A stretch of 29,605 nucleotides of DNA, from positions 1 to 29,605 of IMG/VR virus record IMGVR_UViG_3300017648_000012; one strand, 5' to 3'. The notes under the pieces were generated by a model, which saw only the letters and a list, made by a program, of their open reading frames with translations, was not told where the DNA came from and made no database searches. The translations under genes were made by a program, and so were the position numbers. This document shows, one piece after another, positions 8,187 to 17,000 of the stretch. This stretch comes from a virus (taxonomy: Duplodnaviria; Caudoviricetes). Numbering within the stretch: the first letter of the stretch is position 1; every line of letters starts with the position of its first letter.

Positions 8187-8453
8187 TCAGCGGCCCGGAT
8201 ATTCGCCCTTTCCAGACATTCGGTACGTGCTGATGTGCGAGGAAAGAAGCTGAACCTTCTTCGCTCCACATTTCGAGCAACGCAGTTTATGCGCAAGGTC
8301 TCTGTACAGCGCGCCATGATCTGGTCCGAGCCTTTCAATCAAGACGTCAATATCAAGCTGCTTACTGTGGTGGCACCCGTTGCAGTACGCGGTAATCAAA
8401 TATCCATACCGTTTGCAATCACCCAAGGTCGCGTTCGTGCTGAATATCCGCAT
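8187..8453 (-). CDS. Zn-ribbon protein (CNGC...CSKC), 88 aa
   Basis: GGAGG RBS before ATG 8453; two CxxC pairs. Confidence 0.75.
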   Translation of the reverse strand: MRIFSTNATLGDCKRYGYLITAYCNGCHHSKQLDIDVLIERLGPDHGALYRDLAHKLRCSKCGAKKVQLLSSHISTYRMSGKGEYPGR

Positions 8454-8485
8454 AACAGCCTCCAAGGCTCGCTGTCTTATACCGT

Positions 8486-8500
8486 GAACAAAACGAATAC
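8486..8500. promoter_or_regulatory. Putative alphaproteobacterial LexA box GAAC-AAAACGA-ATAC
   Basis: Resembles GAAC-N7-GAAC/GTAC with a divergent second half; lies in the divergent intergenic region. Confidence 0.5.
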
Positions 8501-8524
8501 AAATCACATTAGGAGGCGAAAGGA

Positions 8525-8767
8525 ATGACCGCAAAAGCCTCAATCCGCCAATCCGATCTCGACAGAATGGCCGTGATCGCTACGAAACGCGGCGTACCTA
8601 TTGAAATGAGAGATGAAAGAGGACGAATATTCCGTGTCTACCCGACTGTCGAAGATTTGAAACACGACACCGCGTTAGACCCGGAATTGGCCTATGGCGG
8701 CAACAGTTTGGAAGAATGGAGAAACCGCCGTGGAAGTAGACCTCGTAGGCGTGCATCGGGTGAATAA
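8525..8767 (+). CDS. Putative excisionase/recombination directionality factor
   Basis: Small basic ORF overlapping the integrase start; strong RBS; assignment by position. Confidence 0.55.
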   Translation: MTAKASIRQSDLDRMAVIATKRGVPIEMRDERGRIFRVYPTVEDLKHDTALDPELAYGGNSLEEWRNRRGSRPRRRASGE

Positions 8768-9794
8768 GAAGCTCGCGAGTGGCGATATTGCCACTTACTA
8801 TTACGCTTGGCGCGGAGGCCCACGAATTCACGCCAAGCCCAACACCAAGGCATTCATTGCGGAATATTTCAAATTAACGCGGGATCGAGAAGATACGCCA
8901 TATCAAGGTAAGCTCGCTGAAATCATCAAGGAATACGTGAATTCGCCCGCCTATCAGAATTTAAAACCGTCCACCAAAGAGGGTTACGATATCGCAATCA
9001 GGGCCATTGAGGCGGAATTTTTCGACATGCCATCCAGACGAATATCGGCTCATGGAACACGGTCGATCTTTTTGCAATGGCGAGACGAGATCGCAGCCAC
9101 GCACCCGCGCAAAGCTGATCTGTTTATGAGCGTGCTCCAGCGCATATTAGCGTTCGCCTATGATCGGGAAATGATTTCCCGTCATCCGCTGGAGAAGGTT
9201 GAGAAGGTCAGTGACGGCACGCGGCGTGACCTTATTTGGACGGATGACGAAATAGCCGTCATGCGCTTTGGAAGGAAGGCAGATGGCGACAAGCCAGCAA
9301 TCAAACCCGCGCCCGAGCCAATAGTTCGAGCTATGATGCTCGCTCTCTGGACCGGGCAACGACAGGGTGATTTGCTGAAAATCACATGGTCCGCGTATGA
9401 CGGGGAGAGCCTTTCGCTCCGGCAGGGCAAGACAGGCGCGCACGTTCGCGTAAAAGTGTCCGAGGAATTGAAAGCAATTCTGGACCACGTGAAGCGCGGG
9501 AATGCCGTGACGATCCTTACCAATGCGCAGGGCAAGCCTTGGGCGACGGGGTTCAAATCTTCATGGAGAAAAGCTGTCGAAAAGGCTGGGATAAGGGGAA
9601 AGACGTTTCACGATCTGCGCGGAACGTTCGTGACGCTCGCCTACCGGAATGGAGCATCAATCAAGCAGATTGCAGAAGTTTCCGGGCATTCCGAAAAGGA
9701 TGCGGAAGCGATCATCAGAAAACATTATCTTGTGTCAAGTGCTGCCGTTGACAGCATAGAAAAATCGCGCAATTCTGGTTTACAGGGTACTTGA
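8730..9794 (+). CDS. int: Tyrosine integrase
   Basis: TGQRQGD (R), GKTG (K), FHDLR (HxxR), SGH (H), KHY (Y); GTG start at 8730 with GGAG RBS. Confidence 0.95.
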   Translation: MEVDLVGVHRVNKKLASGDIATYYYAWRGGPRIHAKPNTKAFIAEYFKLTRDREDTPYQGKLAEIIKEYVNSPAYQNLKPSTKEGYDIAIRAIEAEFFDMPSRRISAHGTRSIFLQWRDEIAATHPRKADLFMSVLQRILAFAYDREMISRHPLEKVEKVSDGTRRDLIWTDDEIAVMRFGRKADGDKPAIKPAPEPIVRAMMLALWTGQRQGDLLKITWSAYDGESLSLRQGKTGAHVRVKVSEELKAILDHVKRGNAVTILTNAQGKPWATGFKSSWRKAVEKAGIRGKTFHDLRGTFVTLAYRNGASIKQIAEVSGHSEKDAEAIIRKHYLVSSAAVDSIEKSRNSGLQGT

Positions 9795-9889
9795 CATCGC
9801 ATTGATTCATTTAGGACGATGAAAGCCGCCAAAGTAAACCGTTTCATTGCAAGGCGTTGAAACAGCTTATGTATTTGGTTTTACTACCC

Positions 9890-9936
9890 GACTGGGGGTC
9901 AAGGGGTCGTGGGTTCGAATCCCGCCGCTCCGACCA
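9890..9936 (+). other. attP core = 3' half of tRNA-Pro(GGG)
   Basis: GACTGGGGGTCAAGGGGTCGTGGGTTCGAATCCCGCCGCTCCGACCA: anticodon loop, T-arm GTTCGAATC, CCA end; 5' half absent; adjacent to int. Confidence 0.9.
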
Positions 9937-9939
9937 TTA

Positions 9940-9952
9940 AATCAATAGGTTA
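9940..9952 (+). promoter_or_regulatory. IHF-binding site in attP
   Basis: AATCAATAGGTTA matches WATCAANNNNTTR. Confidence 0.65.
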
Positions 9953-10035
9953 GCTACCACCTATTGAATTTCAGTTTACAGATTTAACGGCGGTTTACAG
10001 ATGCCGTTCTCGGTTGGTTTCTTTCCACTGCAGAA

Positions 10036-10224
10036 TCATTCTCTATATTTTGTGTCAATAGCCGCAAAGGCGCCCCCAACCACTTCCACCCACGCCCTCA
10101 TGATAAGCTGCGCTTGCATCGGTGAGAGCTTCACTTCCTCGCCGTTGAGCGTGATGAATATCTCATCCCCTCGCCTGGTCGGCTGGAGGTCGCGGATTGC
10201 GGCTATTTGTGAAACCATGACCAC
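10036..10224 (-). CDS. Hypothetical protein at end of lysis operon
   Basis: Overlaps putative holin stop; ~60 aa. Confidence 0.5.
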   Translation of the reverse strand: MVMVSQIAAIRDLQPTRRGDEIFITLNGEEVKLSPMQAQLIMRAWVEVVGGAFAAIDTKYRE

Positions 10225-10457
10225 ATTTTCACTACGTTCTCGTACAGTGAGACTATCCCGATCACGATTGCCAGAATGCCAAGAATGAGCCAGCGCATGA
10301 AGCGGCCAATCGTCCGAAGTGACCGGATCAAATCGAGGCCGTCTTTCAAGAGGTCGATATCTTCCTCGCGAAGCTGAGAAAGAAACTCCCTCGTTTCTTC
10401 TGGCAACTCCACAAGGCGGTGTGCTGTAGCAGCGTCTTTATCCATTGGTGTCATCAC
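10203..10457 (-). CDS. Putative holin-like membrane protein (single C-terminal TM)
   Basis: WLILGILAIVIGIVSLY segment; position in lysis cassette. Confidence 0.6.
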   Translation of the reverse strand: MMTPMDKDAATAHRLVELPEETREFLSQLREEDIDLLKDGLDLIRSLRTIGRFMRWLILGILAIVIGIVSLYENVVKMWSWFHK

Positions 10458-10666
10458 CAGCAGCCCCGCCGTTTTCCATTTTCGTCGTTACCCTCGACAC
10501 GTTCCGCCCCTGCCCTGTCCGCCTTCGTCAAGGCAACCAGTCCGGCAGGCGTGAGGCTATTGGCCCGGAAGCCCGCGCAACTCGTCGCACTGGTCGACTG
10601 GCAAGCCGCGACGGCGAAGGGCAAGAGTGCAAAAATCATAGTCCGATAGGTCACGTAGCTTCGCAT
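10454..10666 (-). CDS. o-spanin (Rz1-like lipoprotein)
   Basis: Signal plus lipobox FAVAA-C; overlaps i-spanin 3' end; AAGGA RBS before 10666. Confidence 0.8.
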   Translation of the reverse strand: MRSYVTYRTMIFALLPFAVAACQSTSATSCAGFRANSLTPAGLVALTKADRAGAERVEGNDENGKRRGCW

Positions 10667-10838
10667 CGTCCTTCGCCCTTTCGCGTTCCGCCTTGATGCT
10701 TTCCTGCAATTGATCAGAAACGGCCTGCTGACGGCCATCACGCTTTCCGATGAGATATCCACCCGCCAGAAGCAAAAACGCCGCCAAAACGGCAGCGAGC
10801 GAATATTTCAGCCATGAGGGGATGAGTGCCCAGATCAT
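10557..10838 (-). CDS. i-spanin (Rz-like)
   Basis: N-terminal TM then helical periplasmic domain with Cys; follows endolysin. Confidence 0.8.
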   Translation of the reverse strand: MIWALIPSWLKYSLAAVLAAFLLLAGGYLIGKRDGRQQAVSDQLQESIKAERERAKDDAKLRDLSDYDFCTLALRRRGLPVDQCDELRGLPGQ

Positions 10839-11668
10839 GACGCTTCCAGTTCAGCTTTGATGTCTTTGATCGCCTTCACGATCCAGCCACGAAGCGCCAG
10901 ACCGCCGAGCAATACGACAATCGCGAGACCGCCCATAACGAGCAGTTCACGCCAGCCGAAGCCAGCAAGGCCGAGTGCGCCGATACCGCCCCCAGAGAGG
11001 ATTGAACCGATCCATCCAGCCAGGCTGAACTTCTTCTTCACCTCCTTTTCGACGGTAGGCGGGACAACCGGCTTATCCACTTCAACCGAAACAATCTCTT
11101 TCGGCTGGGCCTGATCGTGACGCTTGCGGACTTCTGCCAACACCTCGCGGACACGTGCCGATTTAACCGCTGCCCGCTGGCCGCCGTAATACCCGACATC
11201 CTTTGTGGTCGGCAGGCTTGCCCATTCCTGAGCCAGATTGTTGATGAGCGTGTCTTCCTTCAGACGGCCAGACAGATACTTGTCGATCCCGCGAACGCCG
11301 AGAAGGTAACAGGCGCATCGGTCCTGCAACGCCTCATTGAACAGGAGATTGTTCGACAGTTGCAGGGTACGCTTTATCGTCCGAAGCGTGGTGCGAACGA
11401 TCTGATACCGACCAAGAGCAGAGCTATTCAGCTTGTTCTTCGGGTGCGCCAGCATCTTGCCTTGCAGATCGTCAATCTCTTTCAGGCTCATTTTCACCAG
11501 ATCGACATCGCCACCGGTATATGCGCCGTAGCCGAGGGTTTCGTTGTACCCGTCGCCCTTGTCCGTCCCTTCGGTGAACCCGATCAGATCGAGCAGCGGG
11601 CGATACACGTAGTACAGGTCTGGCGTTGAGACATGCGGCACCGCTTTGGCAAAGGTTCCCTTGGCCAT
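10835..11668 (-). CDS. Endolysin, lysozyme fold (lambda R/GH104-like), with C-terminal hydrophobic segments
   Basis: LLDLIG.TEGT...YN, SSALGRYQI...T, LAQEWASLP motifs. Confidence 0.88.
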   Translation of the reverse strand: MAKGTFAKAVPHVSTPDLYYVYRPLLDLIGFTEGTDKGDGYNETLGYGAYTGGDVDLVKMSLKEIDDLQGKMLAHPKNKLNSSALGRYQIVRTTLRTIKRTLQLSNNLLFNEALQDRCACYLLGVRGIDKYLSGRLKEDTLINNLAQEWASLPTTKDVGYYGGQRAAVKSARVREVLAEVRKRHDQAQPKEIVSVEVDKPVVPPTVEKEVKKKFSLAGWIGSILSGGGIGALGLAGFGWRELLVMGGLAIVVLLGGLALRGWIVKAIKDIKAELEAS

Positions 11669-11700
11669 TGTGTTTTCCTTACTTTGTGAGATGATCGATT

Positions 11701-11771
11701 AGCGCTGCTGAAGTTACCCTCCCTTACAGCGCGACCTCGGTAGCGACCTTCCCAGCACCGAGGTTTTTTTT
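11701..11771 (+). ncRNA. Candidate two-hairpin sRNA with anti-SD loops (cuckoo/alpha-r14-like)
   Basis: GCGCTG/CAGCGC stem with TTACCCTCC loop; ACCTCGGT/ACCGAGGT stem with ACCTTCCC loop; T-run. Confidence 0.6.
11734..11771 (+). terminator. Rho-independent terminator
   Basis: 8-bp perfect stem followed by a T-run. Confidence 0.8.
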
Positions 11772-11860
11772 GGGGGCACGAATTAAAATGTTAACAATCG
11801 CGCCTTTAATGTGAGACCGGGCGCTTATCATTGCTTTCAGCTTGGTTTCCCAAGGCGCCT

Positions 11861-11891
11861 GCCCCGGTTAACGAAACCTTGCCGGGGCTTT
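11861..11891 (+). terminator. GC-rich hairpin/possible terminator of a second small RNA
   Basis: GCCCCGG/CCGGGGC stem followed by TTT. Confidence 0.5.
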
Positions 11892-11902
11892 CCAAATTTG
11901 AA

Positions 11903-11927
11903 TGAACATTCTCGCTCCTCTTGGGTT
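11903..11927 (+). promoter_or_regulatory. Putative EcfG (general stress ECF sigma) promoter TGAAC-N17-GTT
   Basis: One mismatch to GGAAC-N17-GTT; ends just upstream of an AAGGAGG RBS. Confidence 0.5.
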
Positions 11928-11946
11928 AGCCCTTAAGGAGGTACCA

Positions 11947-12063
11947 ATGGGCTCATTCATTTACGATCACATCGAATGGATATTGTGGGCGTTAATGGCG
12001 CTAGCTGCTGCCGTCGTTATAACAGTTTTCTTCTATTATGACGGGAACGGAAACCGGCGTTGA
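11947..12063 (+). CDS. Small membrane protein moron, 38 aa (MGSFIYDHIEWILWALMALAAAVVITVFFYYDGNGNRR)
   Basis: TAAGGAGGT RBS, one TM helix; not in ORF track. Confidence 0.75.
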   Translation: MGSFIYDHIEWILWALMALAAAVVITVFFYYDGNGNRR

Positions 12064-12083
12064 AAAACCGCCCTGAAGGCGGT
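12063..12083 (-). terminator. Rho-independent terminator after tail fibre genes
   Basis: Minus strand ACCGCC-TTCAG-GGCGGT-TTTT. Confidence 0.7.
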
Positions 12084-12109
12084 GCGGATCGTCAAGTTTT
12101 CGGTATCGG

Positions 12110-12439
12110 TTATTCCGGCCATTCAAAGGCGGGCAATTCGGCGAGGAAGTCTCCCGAACTTGGCTGCTCGCGCTGGCCGGTCTTCACCTTTTCGAGTTCA
12201 GCAAGCGAGTAGGTCCATACCTGATCACGCCAAATGACGAAGGCCTGTGCCTCGGCTGCCCATTCCGGTACCGTCGAGTTTACATAGCTGGCGAGTGAGT
12301 TGCCATCGTCATACTGCCGCTCATTGGCTGTCCGGTCGATCATGGATTGGATCGCGGCGCGGTACTGAGCCAAGATTGCGTCAATCTGTTCCTGTTGCTT
12401 CTGTTCGGCTGTGACCATCTTGGAGAGATCAATCGGCAT
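12110..12439 (-). CDS. Tail-fibre-associated protein
   Basis: YD...SLASY.NS....W..EA.AF..WRD.VW pattern typical downstream of fibres; GGAGG RBS. Confidence 0.7.
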   Translation of the reverse strand: MPIDLSKMVTAEQKQQEQIDAILAQYRAAIQSMIDRTANERQYDDGNSLASYVNSTVPEWAAEAQAFVIWRDQVWTYSLAELEKVKTGQREQPSSGDFLAELPAFEWPE

Positions 12440-12773
12440 TGGCTTCATCCTCCTGATCGGACTTCGGTTCCACGGGCAGCGAGATATCGCCGTCTTGTGT
12501 GACAGTCAGTTCGAAAGGCAGTCGCATCTTTCCCGCTTCGTCAAAAACACCGAACGGTGTGGAACGAGGTAGCAGCAGACTGACGCGCAAGTCGCCGTCA
12601 ATGCGCTCGATAGGACCAGCGATAAACGGATTGTCGATTGCTTCCATCGGCACTGTTGCACCGTCTGGAATGGTCGAAAGGTCCAGAACGTCGCCCGATA
12701 CGGTTAGGCGTTCGCCATGCAGCGAGAGCGTAAGCTCATCGTCACGGCGCTGCGGATATAGAGTTATTTTCAT
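12429..12773 (-). CDS. Tail-fibre-associated protein (MKITLYPQRRDD...)
   Basis: TGATG coupling to fibre gene; D.S.IPDGAT.P..AI...G.IER.DG.L...LLLP. Confidence 0.75.
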   Translation of the reverse strand: MKITLYPQRRDDELTLSLHGERLTVSGDVLDLSTIPDGATVPMEAIDNPFIAGPIERIDGDLRVSLLLPRSTPFGVFDEAGKMRLPFELTVTQDGDISLPVEPKSDQEDEANAD

Positions 12774-13945
12774 CAGTACCACCTGCCAATTGCTACAAGG
12801 AAATAGCGAGCCGTGGTTCCAACGCTGGATGCGCTGCGAACCGAGAACGATCCCCAGTTGTTCGAAGTTTGGTAGACTTCCTGCGCAGTCCAGCCGCCGC
12901 CTGCCGATCCGGTACCGCCTACCAGAACCATCGGCACGGCAGCAAAGGCAGCAGGAGTAGCGCCCATTGCGGTCGTATCGCCCCGGAAGATATTTCCAAC
13001 TGCTGCATTGGTGACTGGGATATTGCTGGTATCGGCCCAACAGATTTGAAGTCCACCAGCAAAGCGTACATATCCCTGAACAGCGGTTCCGCCATATTCC
13101 ACAATCGCGCCGGTCGGGACGCCGCCAGATTGCGAGACCGTGCCGACAATTGGGCGACTGGCGACAGTTCCTGCGCCGGTCATCACCGGGATATTGCCGT
13201 TGGTGCCGTTCAGCGCAAGCAACGCCCGGCCCAGCGCGGTGATGTCGGCAAGCGCCGCTGTATTCACATCATTCAAGTACGGGAACTTGTTTGCGGCCCC
13301 GGCGAGGCCGAGCATCGAGATTGCCCATGCAGCGATGTCTGACTGTGCAATATCGCCGTTGGCGTCGGTTCGCAGGAACTTGTTCGCCGCAAGAGATATC
13401 GCTTTAAGAGCACCGTTTTCATCGGTTTGAAGTATCTGACGTTCGGCCAACGTAATGGCTGTCAACGCCCCAGCACCATCCGTCTGCAAAATCTGCCGAG
13501 CAGCCAACGTCAGCGCCGCAAGCTTGCCAAGGCTGCCGTTTGGGTCTTGGATACCCAATTCATCTTTGCTGATCGGCTCGTACTGCCCCGAAGCATTGCC
13601 GACGAGCAGCTTGCCGTCCTCGACTGGCACGCTGGCAATATTCGACAAGACGCCATTGCCAAGTAGTTCAATGAGCGTCGTCGTCTGGGCGGTAACACGT
13701 GCGCCATCCGGCAGATAGCGTGCACGATATGGCGCATCAGTCAGGCTCGTTCCAGTCCACGGCTCAGTCAGGGTCAGCGAGGTGTTGCTATCGACGCTGG
13801 CGATGATTGCCGTCAGGTTCTGGATTTGCAGCGTATCGCCGGGACGGAAAGCCGCTGTCGCGAACATGGTTCCGGTGCCGGTAACGGTCGTTGAACCATT
13901 GGCGAGCGTTATCGTCCCGGTCACATAGTCGGGCAAAACAGCCAT
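12773..13945 (-). CDS. Tail fibre/receptor-binding protein
   Basis: N-terminal GTITLANGSTTVTGTGT, internal repeats, C-terminal YVRFAGGLQICW (gp53-like) domain. Confidence 0.85.
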   Translation of the reverse strand: MAVLPDYVTGTITLANGSTTVTGTGTMFATAAFRPGDTLQIQNLTAIIASVDSNTSLTLTEPWTGTSLTDAPYRARYLPDGARVTAQTTTLIELLGNGVLSNIASVPVEDGKLLVGNASGQYEPISKDELGIQDPNGSLGKLAALTLAARQILQTDGAGALTAITLAERQILQTDENGALKAISLAANKFLRTDANGDIAQSDIAAWAISMLGLAGAANKFPYLNDVNTAALADITALGRALLALNGTNGNIPVMTGAGTVASRPIVGTVSQSGGVPTGAIVEYGGTAVQGYVRFAGGLQICWADTSNIPVTNAAVGNIFRGDTTAMGATPAAFAAVPMVLVGGTGSAGGGWTAQEVYQTSNNWGSFSVRSASSVGTTARYFLVAIGRWY

Positions 13946-14001
13946 GAGTTTACCTCCCCGCGCTGTCAACGCGGTTTCTTTCGGTTAGATTTTGATGAGG
14001 G

Positions 14002-17000
14002 TCAGCGCTTCCAGACGAGCGACTTCAGATAGGACGTGTTGTAGATTTCCACATTTCCCGACGCGACATTATCGGCATAACCCTTGCGGACAATGTAGGT
14101 GTTGTTTCCGGGGATAGCGGATGCATCAATTGCCATCGTAGAAAGCGTGAAGTTCTGGCTATCCGTTCCAGCCGGTTTGGTGACGATAAACGACTTCAGT
14201 TCCACACCGGTTGTGCTGTTGATTAGCCTGACCGTAGTGGTCGCCTCTAAACTGGTTTGCCCATAAAGCCTTCCGTTGCACGACCAGTCCAACAGGCCCG
14301 TGTTACCCTGTGGTGAATTGACGACCAAGGTTCCCATTATGTGGACGTTGGATACATAGGTACCGGGATATGTCATCTGACTGCTGGCTGTGACAGCATT
14401 GAAATCAAGGTTGCTCGTCCCAACGATCAGGTTGTTGACCACGGCATTCTGTATTTGCGCCCACTGGATTTGTACATTGACGATCTTCGCCCAATCCATC
14501 ACGAAGCCTTCGCCGTACATCACATTGTTTTGGATGACGAATGGCTTGAAGAACTCGGTGCCATTCGAGAACACGATCTGTTCGGCTATCAGGGCAATAC
14601 GCGCCTGGGTGCTGGTCACATCAAGGAAGAGGCCGGCGCTCTTGTAGCTATCGGTTGTTCCACCGCGCACTTCCATGCCAATGCGGGAGTTCCAGCCGCT
14701 CGGTGCCGCATAAGTCCCCATACGGAAAGTCGCGTTCGCAGACACTTCACCGATATTGGACGATAGCTGGGTGATGAGGTTGGCTTGCGCCGCAACATCA
14801 TCCTCGACGCCATCGACACGGACTTGCATCAATTGAATAATGCTCGCGCCGTTATCGTCCCAGAGTTGGGCGTTGATCCGCGTCAGTTGCTGGCCGATGG
14901 CACTATTCGGACCCGTTGCAACGATGATATCCTCCTGCCACATCGCTTGGGCATTGCCAAACGTGCTGGATAGCTGGCGTGTCAGACGCTGAATGTCGGA
15001 ATAGTTGCTGTTGTGATTGTCTGCTGTCAGGGTAGCAAGTTCTTCCGCCTGCCGGATCAATTCGCGAACCTGCGGCCCGATCCATCCAAGATAGCCCTTC
15101 AGATCATCGGCCAGTCCTTCATAATCGATAGGGTTCTGATCGCCGCGAGCATCAAGGGTGCGGAACGGAACGGGAGCCGCCCACGCGACCGGACGCGTGC
15201 CAGAAGCCACACGAAGGCGTGTGCGGACCCACCAGTCAGTCAGGCTTGTCAGGCCGTTCACGATCTGAACGACGGTCACGTCCTTGGTCACATAGTCATT
15301 GAAGACCTGTGTCGGATCGTTATCCGGCCAGTATTGGATTTCGACACCTGCGACCGTTATGTCTTCGATTTGATCCCACAGCAGGCGAACGCCAGGATGT
15401 TCGTCGCCGTCGTCACCCTGAACGATGTTCGGGAAAACTGCGAAGTTTTCGACTTCTCCCAAATAATCAGGGTTTCCCACCGGGATCGGCACAGGCGGGT
15501 TGGTTTCATATGCCGTCGGATCAAAGATGCCGTTGCCCACTTCCTGAAGGGTGACAGCTACGTCGCGTGTTCCATCCTCGCCCAGAGCGCCGAGGCCCTT
15601 GGATAGTATCTGGAATGTCTTCGTGAAATTGTAGCGGTCAGACTGATAATTGACCCATGAACCGACCTTCAGTTCCAGAAACTTCGGGCGAATGGTGAAC
15701 TGTCCGTTCGCCTGATAACGAGACGCCCGGATCGCGATATCGGCCAGCCGATCACCAACGCGATGATCCGTGATAGCCGTATAGTCCACCTTGGATGCAA
15801 GGCGTTCCCGGTCGAGCGCGAGAGCGCCTTCATCGATACGCGTCGCCAGCGGAACGGTTTCATAGAATGCATCCGGGCTGATATAGTTGCCCGCAACCGT
15901 GTTCACGAGTTCAGCGCGTGGACGTGTCAGCGACAGGGTGAACGGCTTTTCCCAATTGATATCGTCATCGGTGATCGTCGCGACCACGGCCTGATTTGCC
16001 CCCACGATGGGATATTCACCGGAAACGCTTTCCACCCATGAGCCGGCACACGCTTCGCGCAGCGGCGTCATGTTGCTATCGTGCGTGACGCCATCACCGG
16101 ACGATGCGATCAATGCAGCGGTATAGCGCTTGCTGCCGTCCGGCATGATTTCATCGCAGATGTTCATCGCGGTGAACCACTCGGACAAAGGCAACCGGCT
16201 CATAGCCGTGCCGCGACCGACGATCTTTTCCGTGCCGTTGTAGATGCCACGCTCTAGATTGAACATCATGACAGCGGGATTGTCGGAATAAGCCCAGGTG
16301 TTCTGGTCATTCTGCCGCTGGGGGCCGGAACCGCCAACAGTCGTATCAAAGCGGGGATCGTAAAGCGGAGCGCCACGAACTTCGAACATCAGGCTTGCCG
16401 GTGACGTGAGGTTATCTGCCTCCATGCGGGAAGTGACGACAACATAGCAACAGCCAGCACCACGATGCGCAGGCGTCCAGCGCCCAGCCGGATTTGCATG
16501 AGCGATCAGTTGAGGGTCTGCCGCCTGATCCATCGTGCCAGCATGAAAACGAACCCAGACTTCGCCGCCTTCGTGCACGTCGAGAACCTTGCGGCCCCAC
16601 GTGTCGCCGTACTTGGTTTCCTCGTTCGGTGAGAGGTTCTTCCATTCGCCGTCCATCGACACGCGGAGCAATTCGAGGCAGCGGAAATCCGACAGCTTAT
16701 AAACGTCCTGCACCATCCGGTTGCCCTTGCCGAAAGCATTCCGGTAGACGTGATGCCCCATGGTGCCGAACGTTCCCATACCAACTTCGCGGACAAGGTT
16801 TTCGCCATACTGGGTTTCGGTCTTGGATGCCTCGGATTTCGGCTTAGGACGCATTGCGCCCAAGGCATATTTCGCAGCAGCTGCAAGCCCGCCAAGTACC
16901 AGATTGGCAAGCAGAGAACCGCCGAACAGCCACGATCCAGCAGAACCGATAGCGCCAACGATCAGCGTAACAGGGTCTGCCGCCGCAGGCGATGCCAGCA

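Larger units (their letters stand above)
9778..10002 (+). repeat. Putative integrase arm-type sites GTTTACAG at 9778, 9974, 9993
   Basis: Three exact 8-mers flanking the core; the two right copies extend to GTTTACAGAT. Confidence 0.65.

Noticed and set aside
8124-8528. 134-aa + strand ORF that would keep the early operon continuous
   Set aside because: The opposite-strand Zn-ribbon ORF has a clear RBS and motif; this frame looks like its shadow
9860-9936. Functional phage tRNA-Pro gene
   Set aside because: No 5' acceptor strand or D-arm, and the anticodon stem is incomplete; better explained as att core
11783-11809. CtrA binding site (three TTAA elements)
   Set aside because: Spacings are 4 and 11 nt rather than TTAA-N7-TTAA
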